DNA from: Eledone cirrhosa
Taxonomy: Eukaryota
Length of the DNA stretch: 64,000 bases
NCBI GenBank assembly: GCA_964016885.1
Contig: OZ024745.1
Location: forward strand, 4,836,001 to 4,900,000
Reading direction: 5' to 3'
Shown here: positions 1-15,000 of the stretch, piece after piece
Position numbering within the stretch: position 1 is the first letter of the stretch
Layout: every line of letters begins with the position of its first letter
Notes under the pieces: model-generated
Databases searched by the model: none
The model's input: the letters and a program-made list of their open reading frames with translations, nothing else
Told to the model about the DNA's origin: nothing
Program-made: the position numbers and the translations under genes

Positions 1-3000
1 CCTAGTACTGTACAACTGTCTTCAGTACCCTAGTAGTGTACAGTTGAGAGTCTTCAGTACTCTAGTAGTGTACAGTAGACAGTCTTCAGTACCCTAGTAC
101 TGTACAACTGTCTTCAGTACCCTAGTAGTGTACAGTTGAGTGTCTTCAGCACCCTACTAGTGTACAACTGGCCTCAGTACCCTAGTAGTGTACAACTGTC
201 TTCAGTACCCTAGTAGTGTACAACTGTCTTCAGTACCCTAGTAGTGTACAGTTGAGAGTTTTCAGTACCCTAGTACTGTACAGTTGAGAGTCTTCAGTAC
301 CCTAATAGTGTACAGTTGAGTGTCTTCAGTACCCTAGTAGTGTACAACTGTCTTCAGTACCCTAGTAGTGTACAGTTGAGTCTTCAGTACCCTAGTAGTG
401 TACAGTTGAGAGTCTTCAGTACCCTAGTACTGTACAACTGTCTTCAGTACCCTAGTAGTGTACAGTTGAGTGTCTTCAGCACCCTACTACTGTACAACTG
501 GCCTCAGTACCCTAGTAGTGTACAACTGTCTTCAGTACCCTAGTAGTGTACAACTGTCTTCAGTACCCTAGTAGTGTATAGTTGAGAGTCTTCAGTACCC
601 TTGTACTGTACAGTTGAGAGTCTTCAGTACCCTAATAGTGTACAGTTGAGTGTCTTCAGTACCCTAGTAGTGTACAACTGGCTTCGGTACCCTAGTAGTG
701 TACAACTGTCTTCAGTACCCTAGTAGTGTACAACTGGCTTCAGTACCCTAGTAGTGTACAACTGTCTTCAGTACCCTAGTAGTGTACAGTTGAGTGTCTT
801 CAGTACCCTAGTAGTGTACAACTGTCTTCAGTACCCTAGTAGTGTACAGTTGAGTGTCTTCAGTAACCTAGTAGTGTACAACTGTCTTCAGTACCCTAGT
901 AGTGTACAACTGTCTTCAGTACCCTAGTAGTGTACAGTTGAGTGTCTTCAGTACCCTGGTAGTGTACAACTGTCTTCAGTACCCTAGTAGTGTACAGTTG
1001 AGAGTCTTCAGTACCCTAGTAGTGTACAGTTGAGTGTCTTCAGTACCCTAGTAGTGTACAACTGGCTTCAGTACCCTAGTAGTGTACAACTGTCTTCAGT
1101 ACCCTAGGAGTGTTCAGTTGAGATTCTTCAGTACCCTAGTAGTTTACAACTGTTTTCAGTACCCCAGTAGTGTACAACTGTCTTCAGTACCCTAGTAGTG
1201 TACAGTTGAGAGTCTTCAGTACCCTAGTAGTGTACAACTGTCTTCAGTACCCTAATAGTGTACAGTTGAGAGTATTCAGTACCCTAGTAGTGTACAACTG
1301 TCTTCAGTACCCTAGTAGTGTACAGTTGAGAGTCTTCAGTACTCTAGTAGTGTACAGTAGACAGTCTTCAGTACCCTAGTACTGTACAACTGTCTTCAGT
1401 ACCCTAGTAGTGTACAGTTGAGAGTCTTCAGTACTCTAGTAGTGTACAGTAGACAGTCTTCAGTACCCTAGTACTGTACAACTGTCTTCAGTACCCTAGT
1501 AGTGTACAGTTGAGTGTCTTCAGCACCCTACTAGTGTACAACTGGCCTCAGTACCCTAGTAGTGTACAACTGTCTTCAGTACCCTAGTAGTGTACAACTG
1601 TCTTCAGTACCCTAGTAGTGTACAGTTGAGAGTTTTCAGTACCCTAGTACTGTACAGTTGAGAGTCTTCAGTACCCTAATAGTGTACAGTTGAGTGTCTT
1701 CAGTACCCTAGTAGTGTACAACTGTCTTCAGTACCCTAGTAGTGTACAGTTGAGTCTTCAGTACCCTAGTAGTGTACAGTTGAGAGTCTTCAGTACCCTA
1801 GTACTGTACAACTGTCTTCAGTACCCTAGTAGTGTACAGTTGAGTGTCTTCAGCACCCTACTACTGTACAACTGGCCTCAGTACCCTAGTAGTGTACAAC
1901 TGTCTTCAGTACCCTAGTAGTGTACAACTGTCTTCAGTACCCTAGTAGTGTATAGTTGAGAGTCTTCAGTACCCTTGTACTGTACAGTTGAGAGTCTTCA
2001 GTACCCTAATAGTGTACAGTTGAGTGTCTTCAGTACCCTAGTAGTGTACAACTGGCTTCGGTACCCTAGTAGTGTACAACTGTCTTCAGTACCCTAGTAG
2101 TGTACAACTGGCTTCAGTACCCTAGTAGTGTACAACTGTCTTCAGTACCCTAGTAGTGTACAGTTGAGTGTCTTCAGTACCCTAGTAGTGTACAACTGTC
2201 TTCAGTACCCTAGTAGTGTACAGTTGAGTGTCTTCAGTAACCTAGTAGTGTACAACTGTCTTCAGTACCCTAGTAGTGTACAACTGTCTTCAGTACCCTA
2301 GTAGTGTACAGTTGAGTGTCTTCAGTACCCTGGTAGTGTACAACTGTCTTCAGTACCCTAGTAGTGTACAGTTGAGAGTCTTCAGTACCCTAGTAGTGTA
2401 CAGTTGAGAGTCTTCAGTACCCTAGTAGTGTACAACTGTCTTCAGTACCCTAGTAGTGTACAACTGTCTTCAGTACCCTAGTAGTGTACAGTTGAGAGTC
2501 TTCAGTACCCTAGTAGTGTACAACTGTCTTCAGTACCCTAGTAGTGTACAATTGAGAGTCTTCAGTACCCTAGTAGTGTACAGTTGAGTCTTCAGTACCC
2601 TAGTAGTGTACAGTTGAGTGTCTTCAGTACCCTAGTAGTGTACAACTGGCTTCAGTACCCTAGTAGTATACAGTTGAGTCTTCAGTACCCTAGTAGTGTA
2701 CAGTTGAGTGTCTTCAGTACCCTAGTAGTGTACAGTTGAGTCTTCAGTACCCTAGTAGTGTACAACTGGCTTCAGTACCCTAGTAGTGTACAACTGTCTT
2801 CAGTACCCTAGTAGTGTACAGTTGAGTGTCTTCAGTAACCTAGTAGTGTACAACTGTCTTCAGTACCCTAGTAGTGTACAACTGTCTTCAGTATCCTAGT
2901 AGTGTACAGTCGAGTGTCTTCAGTACCCTAGTAGTGTACAACTGGCTTCAGTACCCTAGTAGTATACAGTTGAGAGTTTTCAGTACCCTAGTAGTGTACA

Positions 3001-6000
3001 GTTGAGTGTCTTCAGTACCCTAGTAGTGTACAACTGTCTTCAGTATACTAGTAGTGTACAGTTGAGAGTCTTCAGTACCCTAGTAGTGTACAACTGGCTT
3101 CAGTACCCTAGTAGTATACAGTTGAGTCTTCAGTGCCCTAGTAGTGTATAGTTGAGTGTCTTCAGTACCCTAGGAGTGTTCAGTTGAGATTCTTCAGTAC
3201 CCTAGTAGTTTACAACTGTTTTCAGTACCCCAGTAGTGTACAACTGTCTTCAGTATCCTAGTAGTGTACAGTTGAGTGTCTTCAGTACCCTAGTAGTGTA
3301 CAACTGTCTTCAGTACCCTAATAGTGTACAGTTGAGAGTATTCAGTACCCTAGTAGTGTACAACTGTCTTCAGTACCCTAGTAATGTACAACTGTCTTCA
3401 GTACCCTAGTAGTGTACAGTTGAGAGTCTTCAGTACTCTAGTAGTGTACAGTTGAGAGTCTTCAGTACCCTAGTACTGTACAACTGTCTTCAGTACCCTA
3501 GTAGTGTACAGTTGAGTGTCTTCAGCACCCTACTAGTGTACAACTGGCCTCAGTACCCTAGTAGTGTACAGTTGAGTGTCTTCAGCACCCTACTAGTGTA
3601 CAACTGTCTTCAGTACCCTAGTAGTGTACAGTTGAGTGTCTTCAGCACCCTACTAGTGTACAACTGTCTTCAGTACCCTAGTAGCGTACAACTGTCTTCA
3701 GTACCCTAGTAGTGTACAACTGTCTTCAGTACCCTAGTAGTGTACAACTGTCTTCAGTACCCTAGTAGTGTACAGTTGAGTCTTCAGTACCCTAGTAGTG
3801 TACAGTTGAGAGTCTTCAGTACCCTAGTACTGTACAACTGTCTTCAGTACCCTAGTAGTGTACAGTTGAGTGTCTTCAGCACCCTACTAGTGTACAACTG
3901 GCCTCAGTACCCTAGTAGTGTACAACTGTCTTCAGTCCCCTAGTAGTGTACAACTGTCTTCAGTACCCTAGTAGTGTATAGTTGAGAGTCTTCAGTACCC
4001 TTGTACTGTACAGTTGAGAGTCTTCAGTACCCTAATAGTGTACAACTGTCTTCAGTACCCTAGTAGTGTACAGTTGAGTGTCTTCAGTACCCTAGTAGTG
4101 TACAACTGGCTTCAGTACCCTAGTAGTGTACAACTGTCTTCAGTACCCTAGTAGTGTACAGTTGAGTGTCTTCAGTACCCTAGTAGTGTACAACTGTCTT
4201 CAGTACCCTAGTAGTGTACAGTTGAGTGTCTTCAGTAACCTAGTAGTGTACAACTGTCTTCAGTTCCCTAGTAGTGTACAACTGTCTTCAGTACCCTAGT
4301 AGTGTACAGTTGAGTGTCTTCAGTACCCTGGTAGTGTACAACTGTCTTCAGTACCCTAGTAGTGTACAGTTGAGAGGCTTCAGTACCCTAGTAGTGTACA
4401 ACTGTCTTCAGTACCCTAGTAGTGTACAACTGTCTTCAGTACCCTAGTAGTGTACAGTTGAGAGTCTTCAGTACCCTAGTAGTGTACAACTGTCTTCAGT
4501 ACCCCAGTAGTGTACAATTGAGAGTCTTCAGTATCCTAGTAGTGTACAGTTGAGTCTTCAGTACCCTAGTAGTGTACAGTTGAGTGTCTTCAGTACCCTA
4601 GTAGTGTACAACTGGCTTCAGTACCCTAGTAGTATACAGTTGAGTCTTCAGTACCCTAGTAGTGTACAGTTGAGTGTCTTCAGTACCCTAGTAGTGTACA
4701 GTTGAGTCTTCAGTACCCTAGTAGTGTACAACTGGCTTCAGTACCCTAGTAGTGTACAACTGTCTTCAGTACCCTAGTAGTGTACAGTTGAGTGTCTTCA
4801 GTAACCTAGTAGTGTACAACTGTCTTCAGTACCCTAGTAGTGTACAACTGTCTTCAGTATCCTAGTAGTGTACAGTCGAGTGTCTTCAGTACCCTAGTAG
4901 TGTACACCTGGCTTCAGTACCCTAGTAGTATACAGTTGAGAGTTTTCAGTACCCTAGTAGTGTACAGTTGAGTGTCTTCAGTACCCTAGTAGTGTACAAC
5001 TGTCTTCAGTATACTAGTAGTGTACAGTTGAGAGTCTTCAGTACCCTAGTAGTGTACAACTGGCTTCAGTACCCTAGTAGTATACAGTTGAGTCTTCAGT
5101 GCCCTAGTAGTGTATAGTTGAGTGTCTTCAGTACCCTAGGAGTGTTCAGTTGAGATTCTTCAGTACCCTAGTAGTTTACAACTGTTTTCAGTACCCCAGT
5201 AGTGTACAACTGTCTTCAGTATCCTAGTAGTGTACAGTTGAGTGTCTTCAGTACCCTAGTAGTGTACAACTGTCTTCAGTACCCTAATAGTGTACAGTTG
5301 AGAGTATTCAGTACCCTAGTAGTGTACAACTGTCTTCAGTACCCTAGTAATGTACAACTGTCTTCAGTACCCTAGTAGTGTACAGTTGAGAGTCTTCAGT
5401 ACTCTAGTAGTGTACAGTTGAGTGTCTTCAGTACCCTAGTACTGTACAACTGTCTTCAGTACCCTAGTAGTGTACAGTTGAGTGTCTTCAGCACCCTACT
5501 AGTGTACAACTGGCCTCAGTACCCCAGTAGTGTACAGTTGAGTGTCTTCAGCACCCTACTAGTGTACAACTGTCTTCAGTACCCTAGTAGTGTACAGTTG
5601 AGTGTCTTCAGCACCCTACTAGTGTACAACTGTCTTCAGTACCCTAGTAGTGTACAACTGTCTTCAGTACCCTAGTACTGTACTGTTGAGAGTCTTCAGT
5701 ACCCTAATAGTGTACAGTTGAGTGTCTTCATTACCCTAGTAGTGTACAACTGTCTTCATTACCCTAGTAGTGTACAACTGTCTTCAGTACCCTAGTAGTG
5801 TACAGTTGAGTCTTCAGTACCCTAGTAGTGTACAGTTGAGAGTCTTCAGTACCCTAGTGGTGTACAACTGTCTTCAGTACCCTAGTAGTGTACAGTTGCG
5901 TGTCTTCAGTACCCTGGTAGTGTACAGTTGAGTGTCTTCAGTACCCTAGTAGTGTACAACTGGCTTCAGTACCCTAGTAGTGTACAGTTGAGTGTCTTCG

Positions 6001-9000
6001 GCACCCTAGTAGTGTACAACTGGCTTCAGTACCCTAGTAGTGTACAGTTGAGAGTCTTCAGTACCCTAGTACTGTATAGTTGAGAGTCTTCAGTACCCTA
6101 ATAGTGTACAGTTGAGTGTCTTCAGTACCCTAGTACTGTATAGTTGAGAGTCTTCAGTACCCTAATAGTGTACAGTTGAGTGTCTTCAGTACCCTAGTAG
6201 TGTACAACTGTTTTCAGTACCCCAGTAGTGTACAACTGTCTTCAGTACCCTAGTAGTGTACAGTTGAGTGTCTTCAGTACCCTAGTAGTGTACAACTGTC
6301 TTCAGTACCCTAATAGTGTACAGTTGAGAGTATTCAGTACCCTAGTAGTGTACAACTGTCTTCAGTACCCTAGTAATGTACAACTGTCTTCAGTACCCTA
6401 GTAGTGTACAGTTGAGAGTCTTCAGTACTCTAGTAGTGTACAGTTGAGAGTCTTCAGTACCCTAGTACTGTACAACTGTCTTCAGTACCCTAGTAGTGTA
6501 CAGTTGAGTGTCTTCAGCACCCTACTAGTGTACAACTGGCCTCAGTACCCTAGTAGTGTACAACTGTCTTCAGTACCCTAGTAGTGTACAACTGTCTTCA
6601 GTACCCTAGTAGTGTACAGTTGAGAGTCTTCAGTACCCTAGTATTGTACAGTTGAGAGTCTTCAGTACCCTAATAGTGTACAGTTGAGTGTCTTCAGTAC
6701 CCTAGTAGTGTACAACTGTCTTCAGTACCCTAGTAGTGTACAACTGTCTTCAGTACCCTAGTAGTGTACAGTTGAGTCTTCAGTACCCTAGTAGTGTACA
6801 GTTGAGAGTCTTCAGTACCCTATTAGTGTACAACTGTCTTCAGTACCCTAGTAGTGTACAACTGTCTTCAGTACCCTAGTAGTGTACAGTTGAGTGTCTT
6901 CAGTACCCTGGTAGTGTACAGTTGAGTGTCTTCAGTACCCTAGTAGTGTACAACTGGCTTCAGTACCCTAGTAGTGTACAGTTGAGTGTCTTCAGCACCC
7001 TAGTAGTGTACAACTGGCTTCAGTACCCTAGTAGTGTACAACTGTCTTCAGTACCCTAGTAGTGTACAGTTGAGTGTCTTCAGTAGCCTAGTAGTGTACA
7101 ACTGTCTTCAGTACCCTAGTAGTGTACAGTTGAGTGTCTTCAGTACCCTGGTAGTGTACAACTGTCTTCAGTACCCTAGTAATGTACAGTTGAGAGTCTT
7201 CAGTACCCTAGTAGTGTACAGTTGAGTCTTCAGTACCCTAGTAGTGTACAACTGTCGTCAGTACCCTAGTAGTGTACAACTGTCTTCAGTATCCTAGTAG
7301 TGTACAGTTGAGAGTCTTCAGTACCCTAGTAGTGTACAACTGTCTTCAGTACCCTAGTAGTGTACAATTGAGAGTCTTCAGTACCCTAGTAGTGTACAGT
7401 TGAGTCTTCAGTACCCTAGTAGTGTACAGTTGAGTGTCTTCAGTACCCTTGTAGTGTACAAATGGCTTCAGTACCCTAGTAGTATACAGTTGAGTCTTCA
7501 GTACCCTAGTAGTGTACAGTTGAGTGTCTTCAGTACCCTAGTAGTGTACAACTGGCTTCAGTACCCTAGTAGTATACAGTTGAGATTCTTCAGTACCCTA
7601 GTAGTGTACAACTGGCTTCAGTACCCCAGTAGTGTACAACTGGCTTCAGTACCCTAGTAGTATACAGTTGAGAGTCTTCAGTACCCTAGTAGTGTACAGT
7701 TGAGTGTCTTCAGTACCCTAGTAGTGTACAGTTGAGTGTCTTCAGTACCCTAGTAGTGTACAACTGGCTTCAGTACCCTAGTAGTGTACAACTGTCTTCA
7801 GTACCCTAGTAGTGTACAGTTGAGTGTCTTCAGTAACCTAGTAGTGTACAACTGTCTTCAGTACCCTAGTAGTGTACAACTGTCTTCAGTATCCTAGTAG
7901 TGTACAGTCGAGTGTCTTCAGTACCCTAGTAGTGTACAACTGGCTTCAGTACCCTAGTAGTGTACAGTTGAGAGTCTTCAGTACCCTAGTAGTGTACAAC
8001 TGGCTTCAGTACCCTAGTAGTATACAGTTGAGTCTTCAGTGCCCTAGTAGTGTATAGTTGAGTGTCTTCAGTACCCTAGGAGTGTTCAGTTGAGATTCTT
8101 CAGTACCCTAATAGTGTACAGTTGAGAGTCTTCAGTACTCTAGTAGTGTACAGTTGACAGTCTTCAGTACCCTAGTACTGTACAACTGTCTTCAGTACCC
8201 TAGTAGTGTACAGTTGAGTGTCTTCAGCACCCTACTAGTGTACAACTGTCCTCAGTACCCTAGTAGTGTACAACTGTCTTCAGTACCCTAGTAGTGTACA
8301 ACTGTCTTCAGTACCCTAGTAGTGTACAGTTGAGAGTCTTCAGTACCTTAGTACTGTACAGTTGAGAGTCTTCAGTACCCTAATAGTGTACAGTTGAGTG
8401 TCTTCAGTACCCTAGTAGTGTACAACTGTCTTCAGTACCCTAGTAGTGTACAGTTGAGTCTTCAGTACCCTAGTAGTGTACAGTTGAGTGTCTTCAGCAC
8501 CCTACTAGTGTACAACTGGCCTCAGTACCCTAGTAGTGTACAACTGTCTTCAGTACCCTAGTAGTGTACAACTGTCTTCAGTACCCTAGTAGTGTACAGT
8601 TGAGAGTCTTCAGTACCCTAGTACTGTACAGTTGAGAGTCTTCAGTACCCTAATAGTGTACAACTGGCTTCAGTACCCTAGTAGTGTACAACTGTCTTCA
8701 GTACCCTAGTAGTGTACAGTTGAGTGTCTTCAGTAACCTAGTAGTGTACAACTGTCTTCAGTACCCTAGTAGTGTACAACTGTCTTCAGTATCCTAGTAG
8801 TGTACAGTCGAGTGTCTTCAGTACCCTAGTAGTGTACAACTGGCTTCAGTACCCTAGTAGTGTACAGTTGAGAGTCTTCAGTACCCTAGTAGTGTACAAC
8901 TGGCTTCAGTACCCTAGTAGTATACAGTTGAGTCTTCAGTGCCCTAGTAGTGTATAGTTGAGTGTCTTCAGTACCCTAGGAGTGTTCAGTTGAGATTCTT

Positions 9001-12000
9001 CAGTACCCTAATAGTGTACAGTTGAGAGTCTTCAGTACTCTAGTAGTGTACAGTTGACAGTCTTCAGTACCCTAGTACTGTACAACTGTCTTCAGTACCC
9101 TAGTAGTGTACAGTTGAGTGTCTTCAGCACCCTACTAGTGTACAACTGTCCTCAGTACCCTAGTAGTGTACAACTGTCTTCAGTACCCTAGTAGTGTACA
9201 ACTGTCTTCAGTACCCTAGTAGTGTACAGTTGAGAGTCTTCAGTACCTTAGTACTGTACAGTTGAGAGTCTTCAGTACCCTAATAGTGTACAGTTGAGTG
9301 TCTTCAGTACCCTAGTAGTGTACAACTGTCTTCAGTACCCTAGTAGTGTACAGTTGAGTCTTCAGTACCCTAGTAGTGTACAGTTGAGTGTCTTCAGCAC
9401 CCTACTAGTGTACAACTGGCCTCAGTACCCTAGTAGTGTACAACTGTCTTCAGTACCCTAGTAGTGTACAGTTGAGAGTCTTCAGTACCCTAGTACTGTA
9501 CAGTTGAGAGTCTTCAGTACCCTAATAGTGTACAACTGGCTTCAGTACCCTAGTAGTGTACAACTGTCTTCAGTACCCTAGTAGTGTACAGTTGAGTGTC
9601 TTCAGTACCCTAGTAGTGTACAGCTGTCTTCAGTACCCTAGTAGTGTACAGTTGAGTGTCTTCAGTAACCTAGTAGTGTACAACTGTCTTCAGTACCCTA
9701 GCAGTGTACAACTGTCTTCAGTACCCTAGTAGTGTACAGTTGAGTGTCTTCAGTACCCTGGTAGTGTACAACTGTCTTCAGTACCCTAGTAGTGTACAGT
9801 TGAGAGTCTTCAGTACCCTAGTAGTGTACAGTTGAGAGTCTTCAGTACCCTAGTAGTGTACAACTGTCGTCAGTACCCTAGTAGTGTACAACTGTCTTCA
9901 GTATCCTAGTAGTGTACAGTTGAGAGTCTTCAGTACCCTAGTAGTGTACAACTGTCTTCAGTACCCTAGTAGTGTACAATTGAGAGTCTTCAGTACCCTA
10001 GTAGTGTACAGTTGAGTCTTCAGTACCCTAGTAATGTACAGTTGAGTGTCTTCAGTACCCTAGTAGTGTACAACTGACTTCAGTACCCTAGTAGTGTACA
10101 ACTGTCTTCAGTACCCTAGTAGTGTACAATTGAGAGTCTTCAGTACCCTAGTAGTGTACAGTTGAGTCTTCAGTACCCTAGTAATGTACAGTTGAGTGTC
10201 TTCAGTACCCTAGTAGTGTACAACTGACTTCAGTACCCTAGTAGTATACAGTTGAGTCTTCAGTACCCTAGTAGTGTACAGTTGAGTGTCTTCAGTACCC
10301 TAGTAGTGTACAGTTGAGTCTTCAGTACCCTAGTAGTGTACAACTGGCTTCAGTACCCTAGTAGTGTACAACTGTCTTCAGTACCCTAGTAGTGTACAGT
10401 TGAGTGTCTTCAGTAACCTAGTAGTGTACAACTGTCTTCAGTACCCTAGTAGTGTACAACTGTCTTCAGTATCCTAGTAGTGTACAGTTGAGTGTCTTCA
10501 GTACCCTAGTAGTGTACAACTGTCTTCAGTACCCTAATAGTGTACAGTTGAGAGTATTCAGTACCCTAGTAGTGTACAACTGTCTTCAGTACCCTAGTAA
10601 TGTACAGTTGAGAGTCTTCAGTACTCTAGTAATGTACAACTGTCTTCAGTACCCTAGTAGTGTACAGTTGAGAGTCTTCAGTACTCTAGTAGTGTACAAC
10701 TGTCTTCAGTACCCTAGTAGTGTACAGTTGAGTGTCTTCAGCACCCTACTAGTGTACAACTGGCCTCAGTACCCTAGTAGTGTACAGTTGAGTGTCTTCA
10801 GCACCCTACTAGTGTACAACTGTCTTCAGTACCCTAGTAGTGTACAGTTGAGTGTTTTCAGCACCCTACTAGTGTACAACTGTCTTCAGTACCCTAGTAG
10901 TGTACAACTGTCTTCAGTACCCTAGTAGTGTACAGTTGAGAGTCTTCAGTACTCTAGTAGTGTACAACTGTCTTCAGTACCCTAGTAGTGTACAGTTGAG
11001 TGTCTTCAGCACCCTACTAGTGTACAACTGGCCTCAGTACCCTAGTAGTGTACAGTTGAGTGTCTTCAGCACCCTACTAGTGTACAACTGTCTTCAGTAC
11101 CCTAGTAGTGTACAGTTGAGTGTTTTCAGCACCCTACTAGTGTACAACTGTCTTCAGTACCCTAGTAGTGTACAACTGTCTTCAGTACCCTAGTAGTGTA
11201 CAGTTGAGAGTCTTCAGTACCCTAGTACTGTACATTTGAGAGTCTTCAGTACCCTAATAGTGTACAGTTGAGTGTCTTCAGTACCCTAGTAGTGTACAAC
11301 TGTCTTCAGTACCCTAGTAGTGTACAACTGTCTTCAGTACCCTAGTAGTGTACAGTTGAGTCTTCAGTACCCTAGTAGTGTACAGTTGAGAGTCTTCAGT
11401 ACCCTAGTGGTGTACAACTGTCTTCAGTACCCTAGTAGTGTACAGTTGAGTGTCTTCAGTACCCTGGTAGTGTACAGTTGAGTGTCTTCAGTACCCTAGT
11501 AGTGTACAACTGGCTTCAGTACCCTAGTAGTGTACAGTTGAGTGTCTTCGGCACCCTAGTAGTGTACAACTGGCTTCAGTACCCTAGTAGTGTACAACTG
11601 TCTTCAGTACCCTAGTAGTGTACAGTTGAGAGTCTTCAGTACCCTAGTACTGTACAGTTGAGAGTCTTCAGTACCCTAATAGTGTACAGTTGAGTGTCTT
11701 CAGTACCCTAGTAGTGTACAACTGTCTTCAGTACCCTAGTAGTGTACAACTGTCTTCAGTACCCTAGTAGTGTACAGTTGAGTCTTCAGTACCCTAGTAG
11801 TGTACAGTTGAGAGTCTTCAGTACCCTAGTAGTGTACAACTGTCTTCAGTAACCTAGTAGTGTACAGTTGAGTGTCTTCAGTACCCTGGTAGTGTACAGT
11901 TGAGTGTCTTCAGTACCCTAGTAGTGTACAACTGGCTTCAGTACCCTAGTAGTGTACAGTTGAGTGTCTTCGGCACCCTAGTAGTGTACAACTGGCTTCA

Positions 12001-15000
12001 GTACCCTAGTAGTGTACAACTGTCTTCAGTACCCTAGTAGTGTACAGTTGAGTGTCTTCAGTAGCCTAGTAGTGTACAACTGTCTTCAGTACCCTAGTAG
12101 TGTACAACTGTCTTCAGTACCCTAGTAGTGTACAGTTTAGTGTCTTCAGTACCCTGGTAGTGTACAACTGTCTTCAGTACCCTAGTAGTGTACAGTTGAG
12201 AGTCTTCAGTACCCTAGTAGTGTACAGTTGAGAGTCTTCAGTACCCTAGTAGTGTACAACTGCCGTCAGTACCCTAGTAGTGTACAACTGTCTTCAGTAT
12301 CCTAGTAGTGTACAGTTGAGAGTCTTCAGTACCCTAGTAGTGAACAACTGTCTTCAGTACCCTAGTAGTGTACAATTGAGAGTCTTCAGTACCCTAGTAG
12401 TGTACAGTTGAGTCTTCAGTACCCTAGTAGTGTACAGTTGAGTGTCTTCAGTACCCTAGTAGTGTACAGTTGAGTGTCTTCAGTACCCTAGTAGTGTACA
12501 ACTGTCTTCAGTACCCTAGTAGTGTACAGTTGAGTCTTCAGTACCCTAGTAGTGTACAGTTGAGAGTCTTCAGTACCCTAGTGGTGTACAACTGTCTTCA
12601 GTACCCTAGTAGTGTACAGTTGAGTGTCTTCAGTACCCTGGTAGTGTACAACTGGCTTCAGTACCCTAGTAGTGTACAGTTGAGAGTCTTCAGTACCCTA
12701 GTACTGTACAGTTGAGAGTCTTCAGTACCCTAATAGTGTACAGTTGAGTGTCTTCAGTACCCTAGTAGTGTACAACTGTCTTCAGTACCCTAGTAGTGTA
12801 CAACTGTCTTCAGTACCCTAGTAGTGTACAGTTGAGTCTTCAGTACCCTAGTAGTGTACAGTTGAGTGTCTTCAGTACCCTGGTAGTGTACAGTTGAGTG
12901 TCTTCAGTACCCTAGTAGTGTACAACTGGCTTCAGTACCCTAGTAGTGTACAGTTGAGTGTCTTCGGCACCCTAGTAGTGTACAACTGGCTTCAGTACCC
13001 TAGTAGTGTACAACTGTCTTCAGTACCCTAGTAGTGTACAGTTGAGTGTCTTCAGTAGCCTAGTAGTGTACAACTGTCTTCAGTACCCTAGTAGTCTACA
13101 ACTGTCTTCAGTACCCTAGTAGTGTACAGTTGAGTGTCTTCAGTACCCTGGTAGTGTACAACTGTCTTCAGTACCCTAGTAGTGTACAGTTGAGAGTCTT
13201 CACTACCCTAGTAGTGTACAACTGCCGTCAGTACCCTAGTAGTGTACAACTGTCTTCAGTATCCTAGTAGTGTACAGTTGAGAGTCTTCAGTACCCTAGT
13301 AGTGTACAACTGTCTTCTGTACCCTAGTAGTGTACAATTGAGAGTCTTCAGTACCCTAGTAGTGTACAGTTGAGTGTCTTCAGTACCCTAGTAGTGTACA
13401 ACTGGCTTCAGTACCCTAGTAGTATACAGTTGAGTCTTCAGCACGCTAGTAGTGTACAGTTGAGTGTCTTCAGTACCCTAGTAGTGTACAACTGGCTTCA
13501 GTACCCTAGTAGTGTACAACTGGCTTCAGTACCCCAGTAGTGTACAACTGGCTTCAGTACCCTAGTAGTATACAGTTGAGAGTCTTCACTACCCTAGTAG
13601 TATACAGTTGAGTGTCTTCAGTACCCTAGTAGTGTACAGTTGAGTGTCTTCAGTACCCTAGTAGTGTACAGTTGAGTGTCTTCAGTACCCTAGTAGTGTA
13701 CAACTGGCTTCAGTACCCTAGTAGTGTACAACTGTCTTCAGTACCCTAGTAGTTTACAACTGTTTTCAGTACCCTAGTAGTGTACAGTTGAGTGTCTTCA
13801 GTACCCCAGTAGTGTACAACTGTCTTCAGTACCCTAGTAGTGTACAGTTGAGTGTCTTCAGTACCCTAGTAGTGTACAACTGTCTTCAGTACCCTAATAG
13901 TGTACATTTGAGAGTATTCAGTACCCTAGTAGTGTACAGTTGAGAGTCTTCAGTACCCTAGTAATGTACAACTGTCTTCAGTACCCTAGTAGTGTACAGT
14001 TGAGAGTCTTCAGTACTCTAGTAGTGTACAGTTGAGAGTCTTCAGTACCCTAGTACTGTACAACTGTCTTCAGTACCCTAGTAGTGTACAGTTGAGTGTC
14101 TTCAGCACCCTACTAGTGTACAACTGGCCTCAGTACCCTAGTAGTGTACAACTGTCTTCAGTACCCTAGTAGTGTACAGTTGAGAGTCTTCAGTACCCTA
14201 GTACTGTACAGTTGAGAGTCTTCAGTACCCTAATAGTGTACAGTTGAGTGTCTTCAGTACCCTAGTAGTGTACAACTGTCTTCAGTACCCTAGTAGTGTA
14301 CAGTTGAGAGTCTTCAGTACCCTAGTAGTGTATAACTGTCTTCAGTACCCTAGTAGTGTACAGTTTAGAGTCTTCAGTACCCTGGTAGTGTACAGTTGAG
14401 TGTCTTGAGTACCCTAGTAGTGTACAACTGTCTTCAGTACCCTAGTAGTGTACTGTTGAGAGTCTTCAGTACCCTGGTAGTGTACAGTTGAGTGTCTTCA
14501 GTACCCTAGTAGTGTACAACTGTCTTCAGTACCCTAGTAGCGTACAGTTGAGTGTCTTCAGTACCCTAGTTGTGTACAACTGGCTTCAGTACCCTAGTAG
14601 TGTACAGTTGAGTGTCTTCAGTACCCTAGTAGTGTACAGTTGAGAGTCTTCAGTACCCTAGTAGTGTACAACTGACTTCAGTACCCTAGTAGTGTACAGT
14701 TGAGTGTCTTCAGTACCCTAGTAGTGTACAGTTGAGAGTCTTCAGTATCCTAGTAGTGTACAACTGTCTTCAGTACCCTAGTAGTGTACAGTTGAGTGTC
14801 TTCAGTACCCTAGCAGTGTACAACTGACTTCAGTACCCTAGTAGTGTACAGTTGAGTGTCTTCAGTACCCTAGTTGTGTACAGTTGAGTTTCTTCAGTAC
14901 CCTAGTAGTGTACAACTGTCTTCAGTACCCTAGTAGTGTACAACTGACTGTCTTCAATACCCTAGTAGTGTACAACTGTCTTCAGTACCCTAGTAGTGTA

